64,000 nucleotides of DNA from positions 5,828,001 to 5,892,000 of the forward strand of contig NW_027361686.1 in the NCBI RefSeq assembly GCF_039654945.1. Reading direction: 5' to 3'. The position numbers and the translations under genes are program-made. Source of the DNA: Dendrobates tinctorius. Lineage: Eukaryota. Below, one piece after another: positions 1-11,800 of the stretch (position 1 is its first letter; every line of letters begins with the position of its first letter). Below the pieces are notes generated by a model. The model did not search any database and had not been told where the DNA came from. It saw nothing but the letters and a program-made list of their open reading frames with translations.

Positions 1-300
1 GCACATGAGATGCTTAACTTCGCGCATGGTGGGCATAGTCACATGCGGGAAGTAAGCGATTCTCATGCATTCCTATGGGTGCGGAATCGCAGCAATTCTT
101 TGCGATTCCGCACAAAAGAATGAGCATGCTGCGATTTTTTCCGCGATGCGATTCCGCCGCGGAAAAAAGCGCAGCATTAGCACAGCATGTGCGGAATGCC
201 ATAGGAATGCATGGGGGGCATTCTGTACACGATTTTTAAGTGTTTTCGCGCCGAAAATCGCAGCAAAAACGCTTAAAAATCGCTACGTGGGCACACAGCC
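1..300. mobile_element. Right part of a palindromic PIF/Harbinger-type MITE
   Basis: Internally self-complementary motifs (gcggaatcgc/gcgattccgc); ends ...gtgggcacacagcc followed by TAA, the Harbinger TWA target. Left end is outside the window. Confidence 0.6.
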
Positions 301-892
301 TAAGGGATCCTCTCTGGACAAACCTCTCCGGAGATCATTGACCTGAAGAAAACATTCCTCCTAATGTTGAGGTATTGTCCTTCTGGGGATACCCTTTTTG
401 AGACTAAATGGGTGATGGAGCTACCATCTAAGAAACTATTTGCCAGATTGTTTTCAATTAATTGAGGTTTGCAGAAAACCTTGAGAATTTTGTTATATGT
501 CTATAACAAGTAAGGAAATATTATCCTCATCCACTTCGCAAGTAAACCTGAAGCTAAAATTGATCTCGAAAAGGAGATCTGGGGACATCACACAATGTCA
601 TCATCTGAGGAGACCAAACCAGCCTAAGAGCAAATTAACATAAGTGGGAGCCATTGGCCTTGCTAAGATCCTAAAACATAAGAGGCCCAAGCCCCAAAAG
701 TACATGTTTCCCAATACCAATCTCTCTAACCACCACCACCATTTTAAACAGAATGTATACATATATCACTGTTATCTACTCTATAACATATTATACAGAA
801 ATTTTTTGTTAACAATATTACTATTATACAAAGCCAAAATAATACCACTACACAATATCCACTTCCATCAGCACTATGTAATGAATAAATAA

Positions 893-1602
893 TCTAATAT
901 ATAAAGCTCAAAGTGTGTATGTATGTATGTGTGTATGTGTGTGTGTGTATGTCTGGGATAGGCATCCGCACCGTCGCAGTTACAGCCACAAAATTTGGCA
1001 CAGTCACACGTCAGGACCCCGAGAGCGTCCTAAGCTATGTTGTGAGGCAAAATTTTAACCCCGCGCATTCCAATTCACCAAACAATATTGCCCCTGTCTA
1101 CATATTGGGGAAAAAGTGTGTGTGTCAAGCCCCGCCCCTCATTATGATGTCATAATGGTTGCCATGGCGACGCTGATGTCATCATAGGTTGCAAGCCCCG
1201 CCGCTCATTATGATGTCATAATGGTTGACTATGGGATGGAGGATTTGTGATGGGTTTTTGGGCACTGGACTATGGGATGGCGGATATGTATGATGGGTAT
1301 ATGGGCACGGGACTATGGGATGGAGGATATGTATGATGGGTATATGGGCACGGGACTATAGGATGGAGGATAAGTATGATGGGTATATGGGTATGGGACT
1401 ATGAGATGAAGGATGGGTATATGGGCACGGGACTATGGGATGGTGGATATGTATGACGGGTATATGGGCACGGGCCTATGGAATGGTGGATATGTATGAT
1501 GGGTATAAGGGCACGGAACTATGGGATGGAGGATAATTATAATTTGTTATAACTAACCACAGTTAGTTACTATGCCCGGGCAGCACCGGGCTCTTCAGCT
1601 AG
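893..1602 (+). mobile_element. Non-autonomous Helitron
   Basis: Starts with TC after an A and ends with CTAG before a T, no TSD; GC hairpin gcccgg-N6-ccgggc at 1574-1591 just upstream of the CTAG; internal TG microsatellite and 43-bp minisatellite. Confidence 0.85.
1227..1535 (+). repeat. 43-bp minisatellite inside the Helitron
   Basis: Unit ggactatgggatggaggatatgtatgatgggtatatgggcacg at 1267, 1310, 1353 and onward. Confidence 0.9.
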
Positions 1603-2095
1603 TATTATAATATGCTCCATATTTCTACATAAAAGCACACTTTACCAAAACCAAAACTACCACCATTAAACTTAGCATAAGTTGGGATTGTTCGCTTTTC
1701 TGGATTGGTCCATCTGGTGGAGACTAACATGACAACTTCTTTTAGCTACGACTCATCTGCAGCGTTTATAAAAAAACTTATACTTGATATTTTATTGTAT
1801 TTTTTCCTCACTATGCTACCTAGAAAGTAATCAAGTCCCATATGCTCCTCTGGTTATAATGTCCCAAATGCACGTCTTCAATCAATAAATATCCTTGAGT
1901 GTCCCCTTAAAGTATCAATGCCCCTTAAAAATTAATGTCTGTTCAGTGCACCAATTAAATCTAATAAAGCCCCTAACTAAAGTAATAATGTCCTTTGAGT
2001 ACTCGCACAGATCCCTATATACAGCATTATGACCCCCACAGCTTTCTTTATACAGTTTATTGGACCACACAGCTCCGCATATAAAATATGATACA

Positions 2096-2199
2096 CAGAG
2101 TCATAGCTACAATAGGTGCAGGGGTCGCAATCGCACCTGGGCCCTGGAACCTAAGTGCCAAAAGTTCCATTGGTCCATAAGTTTCAAGTTATGCCACTG
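2096..2199. mobile_element. Short degenerate hAT-type MITE
   Basis: Ends cagagtcatagct / agttatgccactg; imperfect 8-bp flanks atgataca / atgacata. Confidence 0.35.
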
Positions 2200-2207
2200 A
2201 TGACATA

Positions 2208-3842
2208 CAGTCATATGTTAAAGTTTGGGCACCCCTATTAATGTTAACCTTTTTTCTTTATAACAATTTTGGTTTTTGCAACAGCTATTTCAGTTTCATA
2301 TATCTAATAACTGATGGACTCAGTTATATTTCTGGATTCAAATGAGGTTTATTGTACTAACAGAAAATGTGCAATCTGCATTTAAACAAAATTTGACCGG
2401 TGCAAAAGTATGGGCACCTCAACATAAAAGTGACATTAATATTTCGTAGATCCTCCTTTTGCAAAAATAACAGACTCTAGTCGCTTCCTGTAGCTATTAA
2501 TGAGTTCCTGGATCCTGGATGAAGGTATTTGTGACCATTCCTGTTTACAAAACAATTCCAGTTCGGTTAAGTTTGATGGTCGCCGAGCATGGACAGCCCG
2601 CTTCAAATCATCCCACAGATGTTCAATGATATTCAGGTCTGGGGACTGGGATGGCCATTCCAGAACATTGTAATTGTTCCTCTGCATGAATGCCTGAGTA
2701 GATTTGGAGCGGTGTTTTGGATCTTTTTCTTGCTGAAATATCCATCCCCTGTGTAACTTCAACTTCGTCACTGATTCTTGCACATTATTGTCAAGAATCT
2801 GCTGATACTGAGTTGAATCCATGCGACCCTCAACTTTAACAAGATTCCCGGTGCCGGCATTGGCCACACAGCCCCAAAGCATGATGGAACCTCCACCAAA
2901 TTTTACTGTGGGTAGCAAGTGTTTTTCTTGGAATGCTGTGTTTTTTAGCCTCCATGCATAACGCCTTTTTGTATGACCAAACAACTCAATCTTTGTTTCA
3001 TCAGTCCACAGGACCTTCTTCCAAAATGTAACTGGCTTGTCCAAATGTGCTTTTGCATACCTCAGGCGACTCTGTTTGTGGCGTGCTTGCAGAAACGGCT
3101 TCTTTCGCATCACTCTCCCATACAGCTTCTCCTTGTGCAAAGTGCGCTGTATTGTTGACCGATGCACAGTGACACCATCTGCAGCAAGATGATGCTGCAG
3201 GTCGTTGGAGGTGGTCTGTGGATTGTCCTTGACTGTTCTCACCATTCATCTTCTCTGCCTTTCTGATATTTTTCTTGGCCTGCCACTTCTGGGCTTAACA
3301 AGAACTGTACCTGTGTTCTTCCATTTCCTTACTATGTTCCTCACAGTGGAAACTGACAGGTTAAATCTCTGAGACAACTTTTTGTATCGTTCCCCTGAAA
3401 AGCTATGTTGAATAATCTTTGTTTTCAGATCATTTGAGAGTTGTTTTGAGGAGCCCATGATGCCACTCTTCATAGGAGAATCAAATAGGAGAACTACTTG
3501 CAAGTGGCCACCTTAAATACCTTTTCTCATGATTTGATACACCTGGCTATGAAGTTCAAAGCTCAATGAGGTTTTACAAAACCAATTTAGTGCTTCAGGA
3601 AGTCAGTAAAAAGTAGTTAGGAGTGTTCAAATCAAGAAAATGATAATGGTGACCATACTTTTGCACCGGTCAAATTTTGTTTAAATGCAGATTGCACATT
3701 TTCTGTTAGTACAATAAACCTCATTTGAATCCAGAAATATAACTGAGTCCATCAGTTATTAGATATATGAAACTGAAATAGCTGTTGCAAAAAGAAAAAA
3801 GGTTAACATTAATAGGGGTGCCCAAATTTTAACATATGACTG
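2208..3842 (-). mobile_element. Full-length Tc1 transposon with about 200-bp IR/DR-type inverted repeats
   Basis: TA|cagtcatatgttaaa...ttaacatatgactg|TA; inverted repeats at about 2208-2420 and 3648-3842, each with an inner and an outer aaagt(t/a)tgggcacc-like site; transposase between them. Confidence 0.95.
2436..3458 (-). pseudogene. Tc1 DD34E transposase (about 340 codons), one premature stop
   Basis: ORFs 3246-3503 and 2436-3245 share a frame and are separated by one TGA; motifs GRPRK, WTDETK, SPDLNIIEHLW; second catalytic motif reads FQQEK rather than FQQDN. Confidence 0.92.
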
Positions 3843-3859
3843 TACCTACAGCCATATTG

Positions 3860-4663
3860 TATACAGTGGAAACTTCACACTAGACGTCAAGCAGCTTGGA
3901 TTGTCTTTCTCTCCACTCTTCCTCCGGACTCTGGGACCTTGATTTCCAAGGTCTAGTTTGAAGTTTCCACAGTCAGTGATGGTTTGGGGAGCCATGTCAT
4001 CTGCTGGTGTAGGTCCACTGTGTTTTATCAAGACCAAAGTCAGCGCAGCCGTCTACCAGGAAATTTTAGAGCACTTGATGCTTCCCTCTGCCGACAAGAG
4101 ATGGAAATTTCATTCTCCAGCAGGACTTGGCACCTGTCCACAATGTCAAAATTACCAATACCTGGTTTAAAAACAACAGTATCACTGTGCTTGATTGGCA
4201 GCAAACTCACCTGACCTTAACCCCATAGAGAATCTATGGGGTACTGTCAAGAGGAAGATGAGAGACACCAGAACCAACAATGCAGACGAGCTGAAGGCTG
4301 CTATCAAAGCAACCTGGGCTTCCATAACTCCTCAGCAGTGCCACAGGCTGAATTGATGCAAAAGGAGCCTTGAAGAAGTATTGAGCGCATTTACTGAACC
4401 TATATTTCAGTAGGCCTGTATTTTGGATTTTAAAATTATTTTTTCAAGCTGGTGTTATAAAGTATTCTAGTTTACTGAGATAATGACTTTTGGGGTTTTC
4501 ATTGGCTGTAAGCCATAATCATCAACATTAACAGAAATAAACATGTGAAATAGATCACTCTGTTTGTAATGACTCTATATAATATATGAGTTTCACTTTT
4601 TGTTTTGAAGAACTGAAACAAATGAACTTTTGGATGATATTCTAATTTTGTGAGAAGCACCTG
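3860..4663 (+). mobile_element. Truncated second Tc1-family element (transposase C-terminal part plus right TIR)
   Basis: KFPQSVMVWGAMSSAGVGPLCF and a later NSPDLNPIENLW motif in a shifted frame; ends ...tgagaagcacctg|TA. Confidence 0.85.
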
Positions 4664-7575
4664 TATATGCTTTAATCCACGAGCTCAAATTGATGAGGAC
4701 CTGTTATTTCTGCTCTGTGGTCTATGATGTTCCTGGTGAGAACGGTTGAGGATACTTGGTTTATTACTTAATGTTCCTGGATATTCATAAAAGATTAAAC
4801 TTTATTTAAATGGATTTAATTATCTGTGGCAGTTAAATGCTTTGCGTATATTGGTAGCACAAAAGCTTTGTCATTTTATAGCTGAAACTGAACATTTGAA
4901 GAGTTTTAGAGGTGAATATTTGATAACTATAATTATTACATTTAATGTGATAGAGAAGAGTAAATCAGCAATCTATATATGCTAATTACCAGGAACAGAG
5001 GAGCAGTCTCCAGAGCTTCCTTATCTGACAGTAGTACAATGGAGGTTGCAGTAAGATTCTTGTTGACACGTTCGGTATAAGCCTCTGGGTAACGCATTGT
5101 TCGCTGCAATATGACTGCAGGACAGTATAGGAATGTATTACCCGCTGAGCAACTCGCTGCTTTTTCATTGTTTGAGCATAGCCTCTCAGGGAAACCGAAA
5201 CATAATAGTGGCACAGCTGGAGATGATTGCTCCATGGCACACTTGGCACAGTTAAGCACAATGTTACTTAGCTCACTGCTGAGCCCTGGACGCTAGCATT
5301 ATTTTCTATTTCCTTTTTCTTTCACTAGAACTTGAAACCTTTCTCATGAGTATTTTTAGCATACAAACGGAATGTTCTTTAGAAAAAAGAATATAAACAT
5401 CGATGTTCAGAAACTTGTGCGGTACTTCTATTGCAAGAAATGTAATTTTAATGTGTGCTAAATATCTACGGCTTAAAGGGAAGTTATGGCAAAAAGGTTT
5501 GCCTGGTTCTCTCCATTTCCAACTGTAAAAGGCTGAATGCACATGTGGATAAGGCCACATTAACACATGGAGTATTTGGTCAGTATTTTACAACAGTATA
5601 TATATACTATATATATATATATATATATATATGTAGTATACTTAAAAGTCATAGCTTTACTGCTATATGTAAATGCAGCCTGCCACAATCTTATAAAATT
5701 TCTGGACTAATGGTACAGATGCTTCATTGTTGTGCTCTGGACTGCGAAGATTGTTGCATTCTTGGCTATTGCCGTGAGTTGCTGTTGACATAATTGCAGT
5801 GGATGTAAAAGCTTGTTACTAGAGTTGAGCGAAACGGGTCGAAAAATTTCAAAAGTCGCCGACTTTTGGCAAAGTCGGGTTTCATGAAACGAAACCCGAC
5901 CCTAGGATGAGGTCGGCCACAAGGTCGGCGACTTACGCGCCAAAGTCGCGTTTCAAAAGTTTGTTTTGCGCTCTTTTTCAGCCAATCAGGATCCACGGAC
6001 ACTGTGGGCAACGTGATGACATAGGCAGGGGTCACCACTATCTTTCAGAAGGGCATGCAAGTGATTGGCTTGCTTTGGTGGGCGTCACAGGGGTTATAAA
6101 AGGGCGTGCACGCCGACCGCCATCTTACTTCTGCCGATCTTAGCATAGGGAGAGGTTGCTGCTGCTGATTCTGTAGGGAGAGCGTTAGGCAGGGAAGAAG
6201 AAAAAAAAACTGCTTCTGCTGCTAGCGATTTTGCCTGTACAACACACCAGTCACTGTGTGTGCAGTGCAAGGGGAGGCTATATTGTGGTGGATCAGCGTT
6301 GTTGGTTGTTAGGCTGCCTTCTAAGGCTTCCTGACAGCTGCATTGCTGTTTACCCACTGCTCTGCAAACTGCTTTTTTAAAAGCAATCCCAATTTTTTTT
6401 TTTGTCCTGCTGAGGTACTGAGCGTGCATTTTTTCACACCATACAGCGGTGTACGCTCCTCACAGTACCGTGCAACGGCTGTTATCACGGCCACAGTGAA
6501 GCTATCTGTGTGTCACTCTGTGAGAATAAGTCGAGGACATGTTCCGTTCTTACAGACCTGCACCTACTAGTTTTCTCTAGCTTTCAAACAGTTAAATATA
6601 TTTGCTGTTTGATCACATTCAAAACTATAGAGAGACAGCGTGTGTCAGTCCGTATACTTAAAAAACACGGAGCTTGACAATTTTACGTACACCGGACAGC
6701 CGTGTACGTGCACGCTCCTCTCAGTACCGTGTAACGGCTGTTATCACGGCCACAGTGAAGCTATCTGTGTGTCACTGTGGAAGGATAAGTGGAGGACTTG
6801 TTCCGTTCTTACAGACCTACACTCTAGGGAGATTTCTATTCTGCCCAATTCTACATACACCTTGTAGTTTGTGATACACTAGCCAATTTCTGCCTGTGAC
6901 ATAGCGCTCTGATATTCAGTGGGCCTCACACAATCCAAAAGTGTCCAGTGTCCTCTAGTGTGTGCAGAAATTCAAAATCTCCCTTATCCTGTAGTCACTT
7001 TTTTCACACCTGTGCCATCGAGCCTGTGACATAGCGCTGTGATATTCAGTGGGCCTCACACAATCCATAAGTGTCCAATGTCCACAAGTGTGTGCAGAAA
7101 TTCAAAATCTCTGTGATCCTGTAGTCACTTTTTTCACACCTGTGCCATCGAGCCTGTGACATAGCACTCTGATATTCAGTGGGCCTCACACAGTCCAAAA
7201 GTGTCCAGTGTCCACTAGGGTCTAAGAAGTAAGGTTTCTCCTTGCGGAGAGTGACATGCCAGCTGTGGCTTGTCAAGGTAAGGAGACTTATTCGCCGTGC
7301 AATGCTCCTTGAGATTCTGATTTGGCTTGTATCCTAAGTCATACTACAAGACTCGTTAAAGGGTTGGTTGTGACTTGTAGGATCGCTACTACCAATAGGT
7401 GGCGCTGTAGAGTAAAAGTCCTCTTTCTTTCTGAAGAGGCAATTTGCATATTATTTTCCCAGAGGAGCATTGCACGGCGAATAAGTCTCCTTACCTTGAC
7501 AAGCCACAGCTGGCATGTCACTCTCCGCAAGGAGAAACCTTACTTCTTAGACCCTAGTCCAGAGCCTCTCACCTT

Positions 7576-7657
7576 GCCAAATCAGATCTCATACTTTGCA
7601 CTGAGGAGAGCCAACAGCTCGAAACACCGTGTCTGCAAATTGAGATTCTGATTTGGC
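7576..7657 (+). ncRNA. Type I hammerhead ribozyme, copy 1 (predicted cleavage after C7633)
   Basis: Stem I tttgca/tgcaaa extended by gccaaatcaga..tctca / tgaga..tctgatttggc; core CTGAGGA; stem II gagc-caaca-gctc; GAAA; short stem III acaccgtgt; GTC triplet. Confidence 0.88.
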
Positions 7658-7906
7658 TTGTATCCTAAGTCATACTACAAGACTCGTTAAAGGGTTGGTT
7701 GTGACTTGTAGGATCGCTACTACCAATAGGTGGCGCTGTAGAGTAAAAGTCCTCTTTCTTTCTGAAGAGGCAATTTGCATATTATTTTCCCAGAGGAGCA
7801 TTGCAAGGCGAATAAGTCTCCTTACCTTGACAAGCCACAGCTGGCATGTCACTCTCCGCAAGGAGAAACCTTACTTCTTAGACCCTAGTCCAGAGCCTCT
7901 CACCTT

Positions 7907-7988
7907 GCCAAATCAGATCTCATACTTTGCACTGACGAGAGCCAACAGCTCGAAACACCGTGTCTGCAAATTGAGATTCTGATTTGGC
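7907..7988 (+). ncRNA. Type I hammerhead ribozyme, copy 2 (predicted cleavage after C7964)
   Basis: tttgca CTGACGA gagc caaca gctc GAAA caccgt GTC tgcaaa. Confidence 0.9.
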
Positions 7989-8237
7989 TTGTATCCTAAG
8001 TCATACTACAAGACTCGTTAAAGGGTTGGTTGTGACTTGTAGGATCGCTACTACCAATAGGTGGCGCTGTAGAGTAAAAGTCCTCTTTCTTTCTGAAGAG
8101 GCAATTTGCATATTATTTTCCCAGAGGAGCATTGCACGGCGAATAAGTCTCCTTACCTTGACAAGCCACAGCTGGCATGTCACTCTCCGCAAGGAGAAAC
8201 CTTACTTCTTAGACCCTAGTCCAGAGCCTCTCACCTT

Positions 8238-8319
8238 GCCAAATCAGATCTCATACTTTGCACTGACGAGAGCCAACAGCTCGAAACACCGTGTCTGCAA
8301 ATTGAGATTCTGATTTGGC
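8238..8319 (+). ncRNA. Type I hammerhead ribozyme, copy 3 (predicted cleavage after C8295)
   Basis: Same core as copy 2. Confidence 0.9.
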
Positions 8320-8818
8320 TTGTATCCTAAGTCATACTACAAGACTCATTAAAGGGTTGGTTGTGACTTGTAGGATCGCTACTACCAATAGGTGGCGCTG
8401 TAGAGTAAAAGTCCTATTTCTTTCTGAAGAGGCAATTTGCATATCAGTGTCCACTAGTGTGTGCAGAAATTCAAAATCTCCCTTATCCTGTAGTCACTTT
8501 TTTCACACTTGTGCCATCGAGCCTGTGACATAGCGCTCTGATATTCAGTGGGCCTCACACAATCCAAAAGTGTCCAGTGTCCACTAGTGTGTGCAGAAAT
8601 TCAAAATCTCCCTTATCCTGTAGTCACTTTTTTCACACCTGTGCCATCGAGCCTGTGACATAGCGCTCTGATATTCAGTGGGCCTCACACAATCCATAAG
8701 TGTCCAGTGTCCACAAGTGTGTGCAGAAATTCAAAATCTCCCCTGTCCTATAGACACCTTGTACCTTGTTTTACATTACTATATAGTTTGTTGGATTTTG
8801 TCTACATTTCTACAAAAA

Positions 8819-11800
8819 ATGAGGAAGGCTGGTGGAAGAGGCCGTGGAATTGGGCGGGGGTAGGCAGCTGGTAATGATGGTGTTGGTGGTGGATCTGATG
8901 GTAGTGGCAAGAGCAAAATAGGACCGAATGCAGGAGGTGTTGAGCCTGCGTCATCGTCTGGCTCCATAAGGCTTCGAAGGCTTAGTTTTCTAGGAGTTGG
9001 CAAACCGCTTTTAAAGCCAGAGCATCAGGAAAAAGTTTTGTCTTAAATTGCTGACTCAGCCTCCAGCTCTATCGCCTCCTCTTCGGAAGTTGTAAAAAGT
9101 AAAAGCACTGAGTCGTCATTGGAGGCTCATGTTCATGAACCACACCTTTCCTTGTGTCCTTCACCCCAACCAAGATTGAAGGATGACGCAGGCCATACTA
9201 CTGATTACTCCATGGAGCTGTTTTCACATACCATGCCTGGATTATCAAGTGAAATGGTGAATTACCCAGGCCAAGATGAATCTGACATGGAGTGCACTGA
9301 TGCACAGCCGCTGATAGATGATTCTGCTGGTACATTCACTCAGAGCACTACATTGTCCTCGCAGTGTACAGAGCCAGATTCTGACCCTGATGAGACTCAG
9401 GTGCCCCTTCCCGCACACTATACCACCATACACGGTGACACAGAGGAAGGTGCACATGACATTGAAGAGGAGGTGATGGATGACCCAGTTGTTGACCCAG
9501 ATTGGCATCCATTGGGGGAAGATGGTGCTGCTTCCAATAGTTCAGATGAGGAGCATCCACAGCAGACATCGACATCGCAACAGCTGTTATCTGGCAGGCC
9601 CGGAGCACTCCAAAGACAGGTTCCAAAAATCAAAAGAGTTGCTGGACAGCTTGTCCAGAGGGTCAAAAGATCACAGCGTGCTAGGCCGCAAAATGTCTGC
9701 CAAAGTAGGAAGAGTGCAGTGTGGCACTTTTTTGAACAAAATCCTCATGATCAGGCCAAGGTTATCTGTAAGAAGTGCGCAAAGACCTTTAGCCGAGGGA
9801 AAAATCTGAAAAATTTGAATACCAGTTGCATGCTTAGACATTTAACCACCATGCACTTGCAAGCGTGGACACAACACGAAACCTCAAGTGCCACATGTGC
9901 AACTGATCACAAAGAACGTAGTCAGCAACACTACATTGTTTCCCCCACTGTAAGCCCACCGGTTAGCACAGCAGCAAATGTTGAGGTGTCGTTGCAAGGC
10001 CACAGCAGTCAGGGAATCCCACTGTTATATCAACGAAAGACTGATTCTAGGCCATCAGAAAGAACACCAACTCCATCACCATCATCAACCCTCTCTCAGT
10101 CCGCCCTGTCCACCGCTACTTCCACCATATGCAGCTCTCAAGTCCAGTTCACCCTCCCAGACACTATGAGTAGGTCAAGAAAGTACTCAGTCTCTCATCC
10201 GCGTACACTGGGTTTGAACGCCCACATTGCCAAACTAATCTCGTTTGAGATGATGCCCTATCGGTTGGTGGAAAGCGCAGCTTTCCACGAACTCATGGCC
10301 TATGCAGTACAACGCTATGACCTACCCAGTCGCCACTTCTTCTCTCGCAAAGCCATTCCAGCCCTCCACCATTATGTGAAAGACCGCATTGTCCATGCAC
10401 TCAAGCAGTCAGTGAGTGGAAAGGTGCACCTCACAACTGATGCATGGTCCAGTCGGCATGGCCAGGGCCGTTACGTGTCCATCACTGTGCACTGGGTTAA
10501 TGTGGTGGATGCAGGGTCCACAGGGGACAGTGGTGGTGGGACAGTGCTGCCTAGCCCACGGTATAGGAAACAGTTGGCTGTAGGCGTTCGACCCTCCTCC
10601 TCCTCCTCCAGAAGCGAAAGCTCATCCACAGAGCGCAGTCGTACGAGCACTCCATCTGCAGCTGCCACTGTTGCATACGAGGTGTCCCCCTATCGAGCAG
10701 CTAGTGGAAAGCATCAGCAGGCTGTGTTGCAGATGATGTGTTTGGGCGACAGACACACCGCCGAGGTGCTGGCCGAGTACTTGAAGCGACAAACTGAGTC
10801 ATGGCTGGGCAGTGTACATCTTGAGGCAGGCAAGGTAGTTAGTGATAACGGCCGTAATTTTGTGGCAGCCATAGCCCTTTCAAAACTCAGCCACATACCT
10901 TGCTTGGCTCACACCTTGAACCTGGTGGTGCAGTGCTTCCTCAAAAATTATCCGGAGTTAACAGCCCTGCTCCAGAAGGTGCGAAGACTGTGCGCGCACA
11001 TCCACCGGTCGCCTGTACACTCCGTTCGTATGCAGAAGCTGCAGCGATTGCTCCACCTTCCCAACCACCGCCTCATTATCGACATTGCAACAAGGTGGAA
11101 CTCCACCCTGCACATGGTGGAGCGGCTGTGAGAGCAGAGGCAGGCCATAATGCATTTGAGGGAGGATACACGGCCAGGCACTTTGAGAGCAGACATGGAG
11201 TTGACAGGTGTGCAGTGGTCGAAGCTGAAAGACCTCTGTAAAGTCCTTCAGTGTTTTGAGGAATGCACACGGCTGGTAAGCGCAGACGACGCCATTCTAA
11301 GCATGAGCATCCCACTTATACGTCTGCTCATGTAAACTTTGACGCACCTTAAGGAGTAGGTGTCTGCAGCCAATGTTGATGAGGAGGAAGAGGAGGAGGG
11401 AATCCTTGATGACATTCAGCCATTGTCTGCTCAAGGACCTCTCCTGGAGGAGGAGGAGGATGATGATGGGGATGATTACTTAGGGGAGGAGGATGCATCT
11501 CGTGGGGCAAGTGAATATGTTGGCGTGGCAAGGTCTGGTACAGGGTTTGTGCGTGACTGGAGGGATGTGGATTTGCCAGAAAGTGCTCCTCCAACCAGCA
11601 CTCGCAGTGCATCATTGACACCGGGAACATTGGCCCACATGTCAGATTATGCCTTGCAGATCCTAAAAAGGGACCCCCGCATTGCCAAAATGATGAACGA
11701 TGACGACTACTGGTTGGCCAGCATCCTGGATCCACGCTATAAAGGCAAATTACAAAACATCATGCCACAGGAGAACCTTGACCTAATATTGGCTAATAAA

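Larger units (their letters stand above)
7219..8444 (+). mobile_element. Retrozyme / satellite-2-like insertion: about 3.4 tandem 331-bp units plus a 5' inverted segment
   Basis: Near-identical units with 331-bp period; 13-bp TSD cagtgtccactag at 7206-7218 and 8445-8457; 7219-7309 is the reverse complement of part of the unit; three hammerhead cores at 331-bp spacing. Confidence 0.88.
6890..8745 (+). repeat. 130-bp tandem array in the hAT 5' region, interrupted by the insertion at 7219-8444
   Basis: Unit gcctgtgacatagcgctctgatattcagtgggcctcacac... at 6892, 7022, 7152, then 8521, 8651. Confidence 0.9.

Noticed and set aside
4942-5566. Possible host exons or ORFs
   Set aside because: No recognisable domain and no consistent splice-and-frame solution; a conservation or RNA-seq check would be needed.
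7322-8533. Repeated 109-aa and 63-aa ORFs
   Set aside because: By-products of the 331-bp repeat with non-ATG starts; the conserved feature is RNA structure.
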